A DNA stretch of 64,000 bases, taken from positions 1,792,001-1,856,000 of the forward strand of contig JBFWVL010000001.1 in the NCBI GenBank assembly GCA_050246755.1, in the 5' to 3' direction. The stretch is from Bacteriovoracia bacterium (lineage in GTDB: Bacteria; Bdellovibrionota; UBA1018; CAIPTA01). Under the pieces are notes generated by a model that searched no databases, was not told the DNA's origin, and worked only from the letters and a program-made list of their open reading frames with translations. A program made the position numbers and the translations under genes. Below are positions 38,318 to 47,472 of this stretch, piece after piece. Numbering within the stretch: the first letter of the stretch is position 1; each line of letters opens with the position of its first letter.

Positions 38318-39485
38318 CTTTTCACGGATCCTTCTCGTTCGCACCGATAAAATCGGCGACGTGGTTTTAACCACGCCAGCGATCGCGGCCGTACGCAAAA
38401 AATTTCCCGAAGCCCATATCGTGGGCCTCGTTTCTCCGATCGCGGCCGAAATCTATCGCCTGAGCCCCCACCTTAGCGATCGCATTGTTTTGGATCCCGA
38501 ACAGTACTCTGGCTTTTTCGGATTCTGGCGTTTGGTGGGAAGGCTCCGCCGCGAAAAATTTGAAGTGGCCGTGGTTTTTCAAACCAAGATGAGCGTGGCG
38601 CTCGCCCTCCTGTTTTCCGGAATCCGTTTTCGCATCGGTCCCTACTCGAAGTGGTGGTCGTGGATTTCTTATAATAATGGCCGTCGCCAATCGCGTTCCG
38701 CCGTGGAGATGCACGAGGCCGATTATAATATTCAGCTGCTGCGTTTCTTCGGCATCAGCGTGGCCGACACCTGGGAAAAAACCTACCTGCGGGTGGATGA
38801 AGACGTGCGCCGCGAGGCCACGCGCTTCTTCGTGGAAAAAGGCGTGTCGCGGAGATTCAAAACGGTAGCGATCCATCCCGGGATGTCGGGCTCGGCGCTG
38901 AACTGGCCCGAGAGCCACTACGTGAACCTCGCGCGCCGGCTCGTGCGCCGCTATAACGTGATCATCACGGGTGGTCCGGGAGAAGGCCCGCTCGTAGAAA
39001 GAGTTTTTCAGGGAATCGCGCGCCAGCAAGTATATGCCCCCGATCAGCCTGTGTTCACCAAGTACGTGGGGGAAAAAGGCCTCGCCGAAACTATCGCGAT
39101 TCTCGACCAATGTGATGGAATCGTGGCACCCAGCACCGGCCCCATGCACCTCGCGGTGGCCCTCGGAAAAAAAGTGGTTTCGATTTTTCCTCCCATTAAA
39201 GTGCAGAGCGCGCTGCGCTGGGGGCCTTACGGCATCCCAATCGGGACCAACCTCGGCATTAATCCCGAAGACCAAGCCTCCGTGCTTGTGCCCGACGTGA
39301 ATTGCGGCGAAGACTTCCGCTGTGCGCTCTCGGCTTGTATCTATTATCCCTGTATGCCGCGGGTTTCCGTGGAAGACGTGGAGACCCAATTGCTTGCGCT
39401 AGTGGAAGGCGGCTCGCTCACGATGTATAAAAGCCAGGGCTTCACCGGCTACGACTGGGAAGATCCAGAAGAGGACGAAGTATGA
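38301..39485 (+). CDS. GT9 LPS heptosyltransferase-like glycosyltransferase
   Basis: RTDKIGDVVLTTP, IHPG, STGPMHLAVALG, RWGP, C-terminal Cys cluster. Confidence 0.85.
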   Translation: MAKNPDFSRILLVRTDKIGDVVLTTPAIAAVRKKFPEAHIVGLVSPIAAEIYRLSPHLSDRIVLDPEQYSGFFGFWRLVGRLRREKFEVAVVFQTKMSVALALLFSGIRFRIGPYSKWWSWISYNNGRRQSRSAVEMHEADYNIQLLRFFGISVADTWEKTYLRVDEDVRREATRFFVEKGVSRRFKTVAIHPGMSGSALNWPESHYVNLARRLVRRYNVIITGGPGEGPLVERVFQGIARQQVYAPDQPVFTKYVGEKGLAETIAILDQCDGIVAPSTGPMHLAVALGKKVVSIFPPIKVQSALRWGPYGIPIGTNLGINPEDQASVLVPDVNCGEDFRCALSACIYYPCMPRVSVEDVETQLLALVEGGSLTMYKSQGFTGYDWEDPEEDEV

Positions 39486-40495
39486 GTGCGTATTCCCTCC
39501 GCCGCGATCGTTTTTTAGAGATCACGGCCCAGATTTCCAAGAAGAAAATTTTGATTCTCGGCGACGTGGGCGTGGACCGCTATACCATCGGGGCGGCCTC
39601 CCGGCTTTCGCCCGAGGCGCCGGTGCCGGTGGTGGCCGTTACGGAACAGCTCGATAAGCTCGGCATGGCCGCCAACGTGGCCGATAATATCAAGGCCTTT
39701 GGCGCGCATCCCGAATTGGCCACGGTAGTGGGCGAAGACCGCGTTTGCGAAGAGCTCTTCACTCTCATGCGCGAGAAGAAAATTTCTTCGAAGCACGTGT
39801 ATAAGCACAAAAGCCGCCGCACTTCGCTGAAAGAGCGCGTGATCGCGCAGAATCAGCAAGTGGTGCGCATCGACCACGAAAAAACGGAACCCCTGAATTC
39901 GGAAACCGAGGATTTTTTTCTCAAGCAAGCATTGCCGCTGATTTCCCAGTTCGATGCGATCATTCTTGAAGATTACGCCAAAGGATTGCTCACCGAGAAG
40001 GTTTTGCAGGCCGTGATCGCCGAGGCCAAGAAGCATAATAAATTTATCACCGCCGATCCCACCACGATCGTGCGCTCGCCGGCGCATTATCGCGGGGTTT
40101 CGCTCTTCAAGCCCAACCGCGACGAGGCCGCTAAGCTGGCCGGCGTGGAAATCGCCGATGAGGTTTCGCTCCACCGGGCCGGTAAAATTTTGCTGGAGAA
40201 AGTGGAGGCCCCGATCGTAGTGATCACCCGCGGGCGCGACGGCGTTACGCTCTTCACCCGCACCGACGCTCCGGTGAATATTCCTACTTTCGCACGCGCG
40301 GTCTACGATGTTTCGGGGGCGGGAGACACGGTGATTTCCCTGCTCACCCTCGCCATGGTTTGCGGCGCTACGCTCGTGGAAAGCGCCTTGCTCGCAAATT
40401 TCGCGGCCGGCGTGGAAGTGGGTAAGCAAGGAACCGCCACCGTTACGCTCGAAGAGCTCGAGCAGTATATGCAGCTCTTCGGGGCGCTGGTTTAG
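39482..40495 (+). CDS. D-glycero-manno-heptose-7-phosphate kinase (stand-alone RfaE/HldE domain I)
   Basis: GDVGVDRY, RLSPEAPVPV, DYAKG, KPNRDEA, DVSGAGDTV. Confidence 0.9.
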   Translation: MSAYSLRRDRFLEITAQISKKKILILGDVGVDRYTIGAASRLSPEAPVPVVAVTEQLDKLGMAANVADNIKAFGAHPELATVVGEDRVCEELFTLMREKKISSKHVYKHKSRRTSLKERVIAQNQQVVRIDHEKTEPLNSETEDFFLKQALPLISQFDAIILEDYAKGLLTEKVLQAVIAEAKKHNKFITADPTTIVRSPAHYRGVSLFKPNRDEAAKLAGVEIADEVSLHRAGKILLEKVEAPIVVITRGRDGVTLFTRTDAPVNIPTFARAVYDVSGAGDTVISLLTLAMVCGATLVESALLANFAAGVEVGKQGTATVTLEELEQYMQLFGALV

Positions 40496-40516
40496 CATAT
40501 ATTATTTTTATTTATA

Positions 40517-40600
40517 CTGCTCGCTTCGGAGTGGAGAAGCGGCGCAGCATCCGATCTAAATCGGAATGCACCTAACGCGCCTGGCCGCAAAGCGCGGCAG
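40517..40600. other. Intergenic cluster of three hairpins
   Basis: CTGCTCGCTTC..GAAGCGGCGCAG, GCATCCGAT..ATCGGAATGC and GCCGC..GCGGC. Confidence 0.4.
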
Positions 40601-40704
40601 ATCGCACCCTTCTCCCGCATTTCTCAGGAACATTTCTCTATGTTTTTAATCCATAAATGATTAGATTAGGTATGGTTTTCAATCATGTTTTCGCTATCGG
40701 AGGA

Positions 40705-41211
40705 ATGAATAAAGTGAAAAATTTATTGCTGGTCGGTTTGATGGTTATGAGTGTTTCCCTTGCTGGTTGCAGCAAAAAGTCTGACGTAAAGCCAGATGAA
40801 GGCATTACCTCTGGTGACGTTGGCAGCGGCAATATGGATGGAATGGGCGCTACCGATAGCGATTCCGGCAATGCGATGGGCCTCGAGACGGTTCACTTCC
40901 CTTACGATTCTTTCGAGATCGTTGGCGAAAACCGCGAGATCCTCAAGAACAATATCCGTATCATGAAGGATAACCCCACGCTCAATATTCAAATCGAAGG
41001 CCATTGCGATGAACGCGGCGGCATTCAGTACAACCTGGCCCTTGGTGAAAAACGCGCTAACGCCGTTAAGCAACAAGTGCTCGCCGGTGGCGTAGCTGGT
41101 TCCCGTGTGAACACCATCAGCATGGGCAAAGAGAAACCGATCGCTCCTGGCAGTGGTGAAGAGGCTTGGGCGAAAAACCGTCGCGCAAATTTCGCGATCA
41201 CCTCGAAGTAG
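40705..41211 (+). CDS. pal: Peptidoglycan-associated lipoprotein (start may be GTG 40714)
   Basis: Lipobox LAGC; HFPYDS, IEGHCDERG..YNLALGEKRA, KNRRA. Confidence 0.9.
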   Translation: MNKVKNLLLVGLMVMSVSLAGCSKKSDVKPDEGITSGDVGSGNMDGMGATDSDSGNAMGLETVHFPYDSFEIVGENREILKNNIRIMKDNPTLNIQIEGHCDERGGIQYNLALGEKRANAVKQQVLAGGVAGSRVNTISMGKEKPIAPGSGEEAWAKNRRANFAITSK

Positions 41212-41212
41212 T

Positions 41213-41557
41213 TTGATCCCGTTTCTCAAAAAAAAGGCTGTCACGCTCATGGCGCTGACGGCCTTTTGCTTTTCCGGCTGCTCCACGTTCAAATCCCGTC
41301 CCTTCAAGCAAATGGCCTACGCGGAATCGGCGGTTCAGGCGGCGGTGCTGGCCGGTTCTGAAACCAGTCCCGAGGCTGCGCCTATTTTCCAGCTCGCCAA
41401 AGACCAATTGGCCCGCGCGCGCGCCTTTTACCGGCTGAAAAACTTCAAGAATGCCCGGTTATTCGCCGTGAAGGCGCGCCGGCTGGCCGAAGAAGCCGAG
41501 TGGCGTAGTATTCATGCAAATTCGGATTCCCAAGACGATCAACCTCTGGGAAAATAG
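41213..41557 (+). CDS. Small helical lipoprotein (DUF4398-like)
   Basis: Lipobox FSGC; Ala-rich helices; start uncertain (TTG 41213 or ATG 41249). Confidence 0.6.
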   Translation: MIPFLKKKAVTLMALTAFCFSGCSTFKSRPFKQMAYAESAVQAAVLAGSETSPEAAPIFQLAKDQLARARAFYRLKNFKNARLFAVKARRLAEEAEWRSIHANSDSQDDQPLGK

Positions 41558-41561
41558 GCCT

Positions 41562-42344
41562 ATGCGATCCATCTATCTCTTTATACCCCTGCTTTTCGTT
41601 CTTACCCTCACCGGTTGCTTGCGCACCCGCGAGCAAATCGCGCGCGAGCGAGAGGAGAAGGAACTCCAAGCCTCTCTTCAGCAAAACGTGGTGCAAACCG
41701 GCCAGGGAGTAGAATCCTTGCAGGCCGAGATCGGCCGGCTGCAGGGACGGATCGAAGAGATGGAGCATCGCCGCCAGCGGGAAATGAACGGCCTAAATTC
41801 CAGCCGAGAGGGCTCGGAAAAAACGCTCGCCGATATCAAGAATCAGCTCGCTTCGCTGCAGCAGTCGCAGGCCGCACTTTTCGAAGAAATTAAGAAACTG
41901 AAGGAAGATAATCTCCAGCTCAGCAAAGCCGTAGCCGAAAGGCCCCGCGCGGCGTCGGCACCGAGTTCCGCTCAAAAAAAAAGCGCCGGTAGCGATTACG
42001 ACGCTGCGTTAAAATCTTATCTCGCCAAAGATTTTCCCCAAGCGATCGAAGGATTTCGGTCCTACCTCGAAGTGAATTCTAGCGGGAAGAAAAGCAATAG
42101 CGCCCATTTCTATCTGGGAGACAGCCTCTACCGCACGAAAGATTTCACGAACGCCATCGTGGAATTCGGTGTGGTTCACGAGAAAGCCGCCCGTTCCGCC
42201 CTGGGACGCAAAAGCACCCTCAAGATCGCGGAGAGTTTTAAGGCTCTCGGCAAAAATAAAGACGCCAAGGCCTTCGCGCAAATCTTGGTAGACTCGAGCC
42301 CCGACAGCATCGAGGCGAAGCAGGCTAAGAAACTTTTGAAGTAA
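41562..42344 (+). CDS. cpoB: Tol-Pal protein CpoB/YbgF
   Basis: Lipobox LTGC, coiled coil, C-terminal TPRs (AHFYLGDS); downstream of pal. Confidence 0.8.
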   Translation: MRSIYLFIPLLFVLTLTGCLRTREQIAREREEKELQASLQQNVVQTGQGVESLQAEIGRLQGRIEEMEHRRQREMNGLNSSREGSEKTLADIKNQLASLQQSQAALFEEIKKLKEDNLQLSKAVAERPRAASAPSSAQKKSAGSDYDAALKSYLAKDFPQAIEGFRSYLEVNSSGKKSNSAHFYLGDSLYRTKDFTNAIVEFGVVHEKAARSALGRKSTLKIAESFKALGKNKDAKAFAQILVDSSPDSIEAKQAKKLLK

Positions 42345-42354
42345 CGAGGTTCGC

Positions 42355-43908
42355 ATGAAGATCCAGGGATGGGGTCGGGTAGTGGCAACGGTTGCCTTTT
42401 CGCTCGTATTTTTTTCCGCTTGCACCGGCAAGCAGCCCGCTACCACCGCGGGCGGCAAGCTCCGCATTTTTTACAATAACGACAATAACGGCTACCTCGA
42501 GCCCTGCGGCTGCCGCGTTTCCCCGATCGGTGGGATCGACCGACGCTGGAACGGGATGAAAGCCTACCCGGATGAATCGCGCGTATTCGTGGACGCTGGG
42601 AATCTGCTCTTTAAGTCTACCCAGGCCACCGACTTTCTCGCGCCCCAGTGGTACGAGCAAGCGGCGGGTGTGATCGAGGGCTATAATCTTCTCGCCGCCG
42701 ACGCCGTGGCCGTGGGCGAAACCGACCTCGGGCTCGGCGTAAAAAAATTCGAAGCCCTCGCCAAACTCGCGCGCTTTCCTTTTCTCTCCGCGAATATCTA
42801 CTGGAAGGGCACCCGCAATCTTTTCGTGAAGGATTCGATCGTGGTCGAGCGCATGGGGAAGAAGATCGGGATCTTTGGCCTCTTCCATCCCGCCCTCAAG
42901 CTCCCGCCCGAGCTCGAAGCGGGTGATCCCATCGCGCATGCGCACGCGGTGGTGAAAAAATTGCGGGCTCAGGGCGTAGACATGGTGATCGCGCTCGCGC
43001 ACGAGGGCTACGACCGCGACATCGAGCTCGCTAAAGCCGAGCCCGGCATCGATTTGCTCGTGGGCGCGAATTCCCAAAGCTTGCTGCAGAGCCCGGATAT
43101 GGTGGGCAAGACTCTCGTGGTTCAGCTCAGCAACCAAGGTCAGATGCTCGGGATGGTGGAATACGAAGCGGCTTCGTTGCCGGGCAAGCGGACGGATTTC
43201 CAGGTGGTGGAGCTCGATGGGCAATACAATGAATCTCCGCGTGGCCTCGCGAACCCAATGAAGAATCTTCTCGCCGTCACGAACCTCCGTATGGGCGAGG
43301 CCAATCGCAAGCTCGACGAAAGAATCTGGGCGGCGCACGAGGGCAGTGCACCGGCCGGCTTCGATACCTTTCTCTCTTGCCGAGATTGTCACTCGAAGCA
43401 AGCCGAGTTCCAGGAAGGAAAGCTCCATGCGGCCGCTTTTCTTACGCTCGTAGCCCGAAAAAAAGAAATGAACCTCGACTGCGTGAAGTGCCACAGCGTG
43501 GGTATGGGGCAGCCGGGAGGATTTAATTCCCTGGGCGAAGCCTTCCGCGACGAAGTGGGCCAGCCGGTTCCCTTCGAGCATATCAAGAAAGCTATGGGCT
43601 CCATTCCGGCGCCGGACGCCGACTATCGCGCCAATCCCGCGAAGATCCGTCCCGACGTGGCCCGCTGGATTGCGAGTCTCAAGCAGGCGGGCGTGAAGAA
43701 ATCTTTCGTGGGCGTCCAGTGCGAGAATTGCCACGGCGCCAAACCCGGCCATCCTTTCGCCAACGACGGTTCCGCCACGAAGGTGGCCACGGGGCTTTGC
43801 CTCCAGTGCCATACCAAGGAGCAGATGCCTGCCTGGTACGACGGTACCGGTAAGGTGAAGCCGGCGGCCGTAAATACGGCCTTAAAATCCGTGGCCTGCC
43901 CGCGCTAG
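42355..43908 (+). CDS. UshA-like metallophosphoesterase-fold / tetraheme cytochrome c fusion lipoprotein
   Basis: Lipobox FSAC; GYLEPCGC, VDAGN, FLSAN; heme motifs CRDCH, CVKCH, CENCH and CLQCH. Confidence 0.8.
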   Translation: MKIQGWGRVVATVAFSLVFFSACTGKQPATTAGGKLRIFYNNDNNGYLEPCGCRVSPIGGIDRRWNGMKAYPDESRVFVDAGNLLFKSTQATDFLAPQWYEQAAGVIEGYNLLAADAVAVGETDLGLGVKKFEALAKLARFPFLSANIYWKGTRNLFVKDSIVVERMGKKIGIFGLFHPALKLPPELEAGDPIAHAHAVVKKLRAQGVDMVIALAHEGYDRDIELAKAEPGIDLLVGANSQSLLQSPDMVGKTLVVQLSNQGQMLGMVEYEAASLPGKRTDFQVVELDGQYNESPRGLANPMKNLLAVTNLRMGEANRKLDERIWAAHEGSAPAGFDTFLSCRDCHSKQAEFQEGKLHAAAFLTLVARKKEMNLDCVKCHSVGMGQPGGFNSLGEAFRDEVGQPVPFEHIKKAMGSIPAPDADYRANPAKIRPDVARWIASLKQAGVKKSFVGVQCENCHGAKPGHPFANDGSATKVATGLCLQCHTKEQMPAWYDGTGKVKPAAVNTALKSVACPR

Positions 43909-43999
43909 AGTCCGACTCGTTTTTACACCTGTCTAAAACTTTTTCAGGGCTTTACCCCCCTGTCTCCTTCCATCACCCTGATTTTGTTCAGTAATTTAT

Positions 44000-44015
44000 T
44001 GGGCGCGGCCTTGCT
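44000..44015 (+). promoter_or_regulatory. Possible sigma54 -24/-12 element
   Basis: TGGGCGCGGCCTTGCT has GG-N10-GC spacing upstream of ORF 44052. Confidence 0.25.
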
Positions 44016-44051
44016 TATTACTTGGCAAGTATCTTAAGCGAGGGAGCCTTT

Positions 44052-44324
44052 ATGAAAAGCATCTACTTCTTACTAGCAGTTACTTTATTTATCGCCGGCA
44101 ATGCCCGCGCGGAAGACGCCGATTTTAAGCGCTGCGTGCGCGTGCTGATGAGCAATAATCCCGATTTTAGCCGCGCAAAGGCGGAATACGGCTGTACCAA
44201 TCCTTTTACCGATCAAGCCCCCGACAGTCCCCAAAAGGAAAAATGGCGTGAGGAATTTGCCCAGGACGCGGCTGATGCTCAGGCCGAAAATCAACGCGCC
44301 GACCACGCAGATCGCGGCGAATAA
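44052..44324 (+). CDS. Small secreted hypothetical protein
   Basis: GGGAG SD; signal peptide ending ARA; one Cys pair. Confidence 0.65.
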   Translation: MKSIYFLLAVTLFIAGNARAEDADFKRCVRVLMSNNPDFSRAKAEYGCTNPFTDQAPDSPQKEKWREEFAQDAADAQAENQRADHADRGE

Positions 44325-44439
44325 TTTTTTACTATCTAGGCCCTCTAGCGGAAGCGAGATCCCCCCTCGCTTCCGTTTTTATTTCTATTTTGGGCAGTCG
44401 ATTTTTTCGATGAGCCAGTTAGCTACTAGGCGCTCATCC

Positions 44440-45078
44440 TCAAGACCAATTCACCGTGAACTTCGCCTTGGAGCCATCGGCCTTATCGATTTCCACGTAG
44501 CCTTTGTTCAAGCCATGCAGGAAAACGTCGCGGGTCACTTCCACGTCCTTGATGCAATAGTCGATGATCTGCTGCACTTTGCCTTCTTTCCACCACTGCA
44601 CGGCCATCAAGCCGTCGGCGCTTTTGCCGGTGCCGAGGGTGGCGTGGGCGATCTTCTCGAGCTTCACGAAGCGCCAGCCGCTGATATTGTGCACGTCGAG
44701 CATGATGTCGAATACGTCGAGCTCGGAGGCGGGAGGCAGGCCGTATTTTTCGAGGATGGGTAAGTCGAAGCCGATGAGGTTATAGCCGATCAGCACCCGC
44801 TCTTTGCAGAGCTCCACGAGCTCGCCGAGCTTGTCTTCGGTATAGCTGTGCATGGTATTGGTCTTGGAATCGTAGGCGCAGGCCACCGAGCATTCGAGCT
44901 GCTTGAAGTTCTTCCAGCCGCCCACGCTGTCCACGAGATCTTTGGTCTCGATATCCACCACGAGAAAATGCTGGTTCTTTTGGAACAGCGAAGCGGGGGA
45001 GAGGTCACTTCCGAGCGGCACGGAGAGATCGTGACTCCAGAATGACGCACTTAATTTTACGCGGTTGGGGGTGGCCAT
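44440..45078 (-). CDS. RNase H-like DEDD exonuclease (YprB/RNase_H_2-like)
   Basis: VVDIET, GYNLIGFDLP, YCIKDV. Confidence 0.8.
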   Translation of the reverse strand: MATPNRVKLSASFWSHDLSVPLGSDLSPASLFQKNQHFLVVDIETKDLVDSVGGWKNFKQLECSVACAYDSKTNTMHSYTEDKLGELVELCKERVLIGYNLIGFDLPILEKYGLPPASELDVFDIMLDVHNISGWRFVKLEKIAHATLGTGKSADGLMAVQWWKEGKVQQIIDYCIKDVEVTRDVFLHGLNKGYVEIDKADGSKAKFTVNWS

Positions 45079-45195
45079 GGGGATTTCATAGCATACCGCA
45101 GATTCCTGGTGGCTAAGCGGCGCGTCATCCTTGACCTAAGCCCTTAAGTGCCTTCAAATAGGCAGGTCTTAAACCGAATACTAGGAGCTTAGAAA

Positions 45196-45792
45196 ATGAG
45201 TGAAATGATTCGTCCGCTCGTGCAAAAGTCTGCCCCTGATTTCAAGGGCGTTGCCGTTATTAACAAAGAGTTCAAAGAAATCTCGCTGAAGGATTACAAA
45301 GGAAAATGGCTCTGCCTTTTCTTCTATCCCCTGGATTTTACTTTCGTATGCCCCACCGAAATCACCGCGTTCTCGGATCGCGTAGAAGACTTCAAAAAAT
45401 TGGGCTGCGAAGTGGTTGGTTCTTCGATCGATTCCCAATTCTCCCACTTGGCTTGGATCAATACCCCTCGTGCGAACGGCGGCTTGGGCGAGATCAAGTA
45501 CCCTCTCCTCGCCGATGTGAATAAAGATGCCGCCCGTGCTTTTCAAGTGCTGGCCGACGACGGCGTGGCTCTCCGCGGGCTCTTCTTGATCAACCCCCAA
45601 GGTAAGATTTCTTACCAAGTGGTGCACGATCTCGGGGTAGGCCGCTCGGTAGACGAAACCCTTCGCGTGCTCGAAGCGTTCCAGTACGTAGAGAAGCACG
45701 GCGAAGTTTGCCCCGCCAACTGGAAAAAAGGCGCCGACACGATGAAGCCGGACCCTAAGGGCTCGCAAGACTACTTCAAGAAGCAGAAGTAA
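45196..45792 (+). CDS. Typical 2-Cys peroxiredoxin (AhpC/Prx1)
   Basis: [27 protein letters not shown]. Confidence 0.95.
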   Translation: MSEMIRPLVQKSAPDFKGVAVINKEFKEISLKDYKGKWLCLFFYPLDFTFVCPTEITAFSDRVEDFKKLGCEVVGSSIDSQFSHLAWINTPRANGGLGEIKYPLLADVNKDAARAFQVLADDGVALRGLFLINPQGKISYQVVHDLGVGRSVDETLRVLEAFQYVEKHGEVCPANWKKGADTMKPDPKGSQDYFKKQK

Positions 45793-45802
45793 GTTTTTGC
45801 CG

Positions 45803-45842
45803 AAGGGGCGCTTTCTCTCGCAAGAGGGAAGGCGCCTTTTTT
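45803..45842 (+). terminator. Intrinsic terminator
   Basis: GGGGCGCTTTCTCTC-GCAA-GAGGGAAGGCGCC followed by a T run. Confidence 0.7.
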
Positions 45843-46899
45843 ATTTTTGGATAGCGTCGTAGTCGGGGCCTACCACGTCGGATACCGCGAGGCCTTTTGC
45901 CTCCGAGCAAACCGCGGAGATGAGGTATTTGCGGTAGTCGGCGTGGAGCTTGAGCTGTGATTTCTTTTCGCCGGCGGGTAGAGAGAATTGCTGCGCCAGC
46001 ACGAGCGGCGCCGTGTTCGTGGCTTGGGTATAAAGGCTGCAGTTGGCCGCTCGGGGCTCTTTGCGGTCGATCTTCAGCAGCACGAAAGACGGGGGCTTCG
46101 GGGTGGGATCGCGCGTGAGGAAAATGGTATTGGCCTGGCCGTAGTCCAAGGGGGTGAATTGGAAGGTTTTCGCCATTTCGAATGGATCGATTGCCGGCAG
46201 CGACTCGCGGGGCACGTTGAGGTCTGCCGGGTGAATCAGCTCTCTTGCCAGCAGATAGCGCCTTCCGGGAAAGGTGGTGGCGCTCAAGCCGAGCCGGCAA
46301 TTTACCGTGCCGACGTATTTTTTTGCCGAACCGGCGCTGCCCTCGAGAGAAAGTTCAGCTTCGGCTAAGCCATTATTGCAGACGATGAGGGCGCCCTGTT
46401 CCGTTTGGCGCAGGCTGAAATGGGTGCCGTTTTCATTCGCGCCGATGCTCAGCCCGTAGCCGACGAAGCCGATGGAAAATTTCTTCGCCTGGCTAAGCAA
46501 TTCGGCGGCGCCTTGCTGGAGCAGCAAGCCGATCACGCCGTCCTTCGCCTCGATACGCCCCGCGCTGCCTTGCCGAAAGGAAGCGCGGAAGGCTTCTTTG
46601 CATTCGAGATCGGCGCCCTGGGCTTGAACCTGAAAAGAATCGCCGGGGAGGAGCGCCTTTTTTACGCCGCCGTCGCGGAGCTGACAAACGGCCGTTACGG
46701 GAAAAATCGCGGGAAGATTTGCGTAGAGAAAAAGATGCGTTTCTCGCGAGGTATGATTCAAGATCCAGCCTTGAACCGCTCGATACTTCTCCTGCAGCGA
46801 ATCCCGGGTGGGTACGAAATCGCGCCAGCCGGCCTGCGCGGAGGAATGGAGCGTTAAAAATAGGAGCAAAAGCAGCTTCATTTTTTTCCAGTCTAGCAT
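45841..46899 (-). CDS. Secreted hypothetical protein
   Basis: Signal peptide ending SAQA; 352 aa; beta-rich with several Cys. Confidence 0.65.
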   Translation of the reverse strand: MLDWKKMKLLLLLFLTLHSSAQAGWRDFVPTRDSLQEKYRAVQGWILNHTSRETHLFLYANLPAIFPVTAVCQLRDGGVKKALLPGDSFQVQAQGADLECKEAFRASFRQGSAGRIEAKDGVIGLLLQQGAAELLSQAKKFSIGFVGYGLSIGANENGTHFSLRQTEQGALIVCNNGLAEAELSLEGSAGSAKKYVGTVNCRLGLSATTFPGRRYLLARELIHPADLNVPRESLPAIDPFEMAKTFQFTPLDYGQANTIFLTRDPTPKPPSFVLLKIDRKEPRAANCSLYTQATNTAPLVLAQQFSLPAGEKKSQLKLHADYRKYLISAVCSEAKGLAVSDVVGPDYDAIQK

Positions 46900-46972
46900 G
46901 GGGCCTGTTTCCGGGCGGCCTGTATCTCACTGGATTCGCTGATGTATTCACTACTTCCGCAAATTTGAATAA

Positions 46973-47001
46973 TTGACTCAATTTATCGGAAATGAGATGA
47001 T
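46973..47001 (+). promoter_or_regulatory. Sigma70-like promoter of an orphan transcript
   Basis: TTGACT-N17-GATGAT with TG extension; no long ORF downstream. Confidence 0.45.
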
Positions 47002-47007
47002 GAAAGA

Positions 47008-47397
47008 AGGTAGGGTTTCAGAAGATTTGAAGCCGTTAAACCCGGCGCATAGGGCGCTAAGGCGGCGAAAGCTAGCTTCAGCGAAGGGGGATTTTCGGTA
47101 CCCACGCTCTCGAGGGGCGGTGGAATCACTGGGTTGGGGTTTTCGTGGCGAACGAGGCCTCAGGGTTACCGGAATTCAGAGGAGTAATTATGGGGGCATG
47201 GCTTCGGGCAATACCGGGGCCGGGCACCAAGATAAAAATTGTTTATAAAAATCCAGCTGCAGGCGCCTAGCGCGCATTCCGGAAGCTTCCCTTCGTGGGT
47301 TCAACTTCCGGGACGATTGATCTGATAATCATTACGCAGATTCCGATATTGATCGGAAGCAGAAAAAGGGACCCAATCCGCGGGTTCCTTTTTTTTT
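47008..47397 (+). ncRNA. Candidate ~390-nt structured RNA (unclassified)
   Basis: Promoter, at least 7 stems (one with a GAAA tetraloop, many G-U pairs) and a terminal hairpin with a T9 run. Confidence 0.5.
47363..47397. terminator. Intrinsic terminator, probably bidirectional
   Basis: AAAAAGGGACCC-AATCCGC-GGGTTCCTTTTTTTTT. Confidence 0.8.
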
Positions 47398-47472
47398 GGA
47401 AAAGAATGCCGTTTGCGGTAGGGAGCGGAAATCAGGATCAGATCTGCGTCCGCTTTGAATGCCAACTGATTC

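Noticed and set aside
42490-42515. Selenocysteine recoding in the UshA-like protein
   Set aside because: Both Cys codons are TGC; there is no in-frame TGA.
42325-43812. 495-aa antisense ORF, and similar long shadows such as 26976-28124, 38367-39389, 39515-40498, 19745-20722 and 62753-63685
   Set aside because: They mirror well-supported genes and have no motifs; expected from GC-rich codon bias.
47190-47312. tmRNA- or tRNA-like fragments (GGGGGCA.., ..GCACCA, GGGTTCAACT)
   Set aside because: No coherent acceptor or T stem, wrong order, and no ANDN..ALAA-type tag.
47008-47397. 6S, SRP or RNase P identity for the structured RNA
   Set aside because: No end-to-end rod, no SRP CAGG..GGAAGCAG loop and no GAGGAAAGUCC. 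A weak 6S-like GGUACCCAC word is insufficient; needs cmscan.
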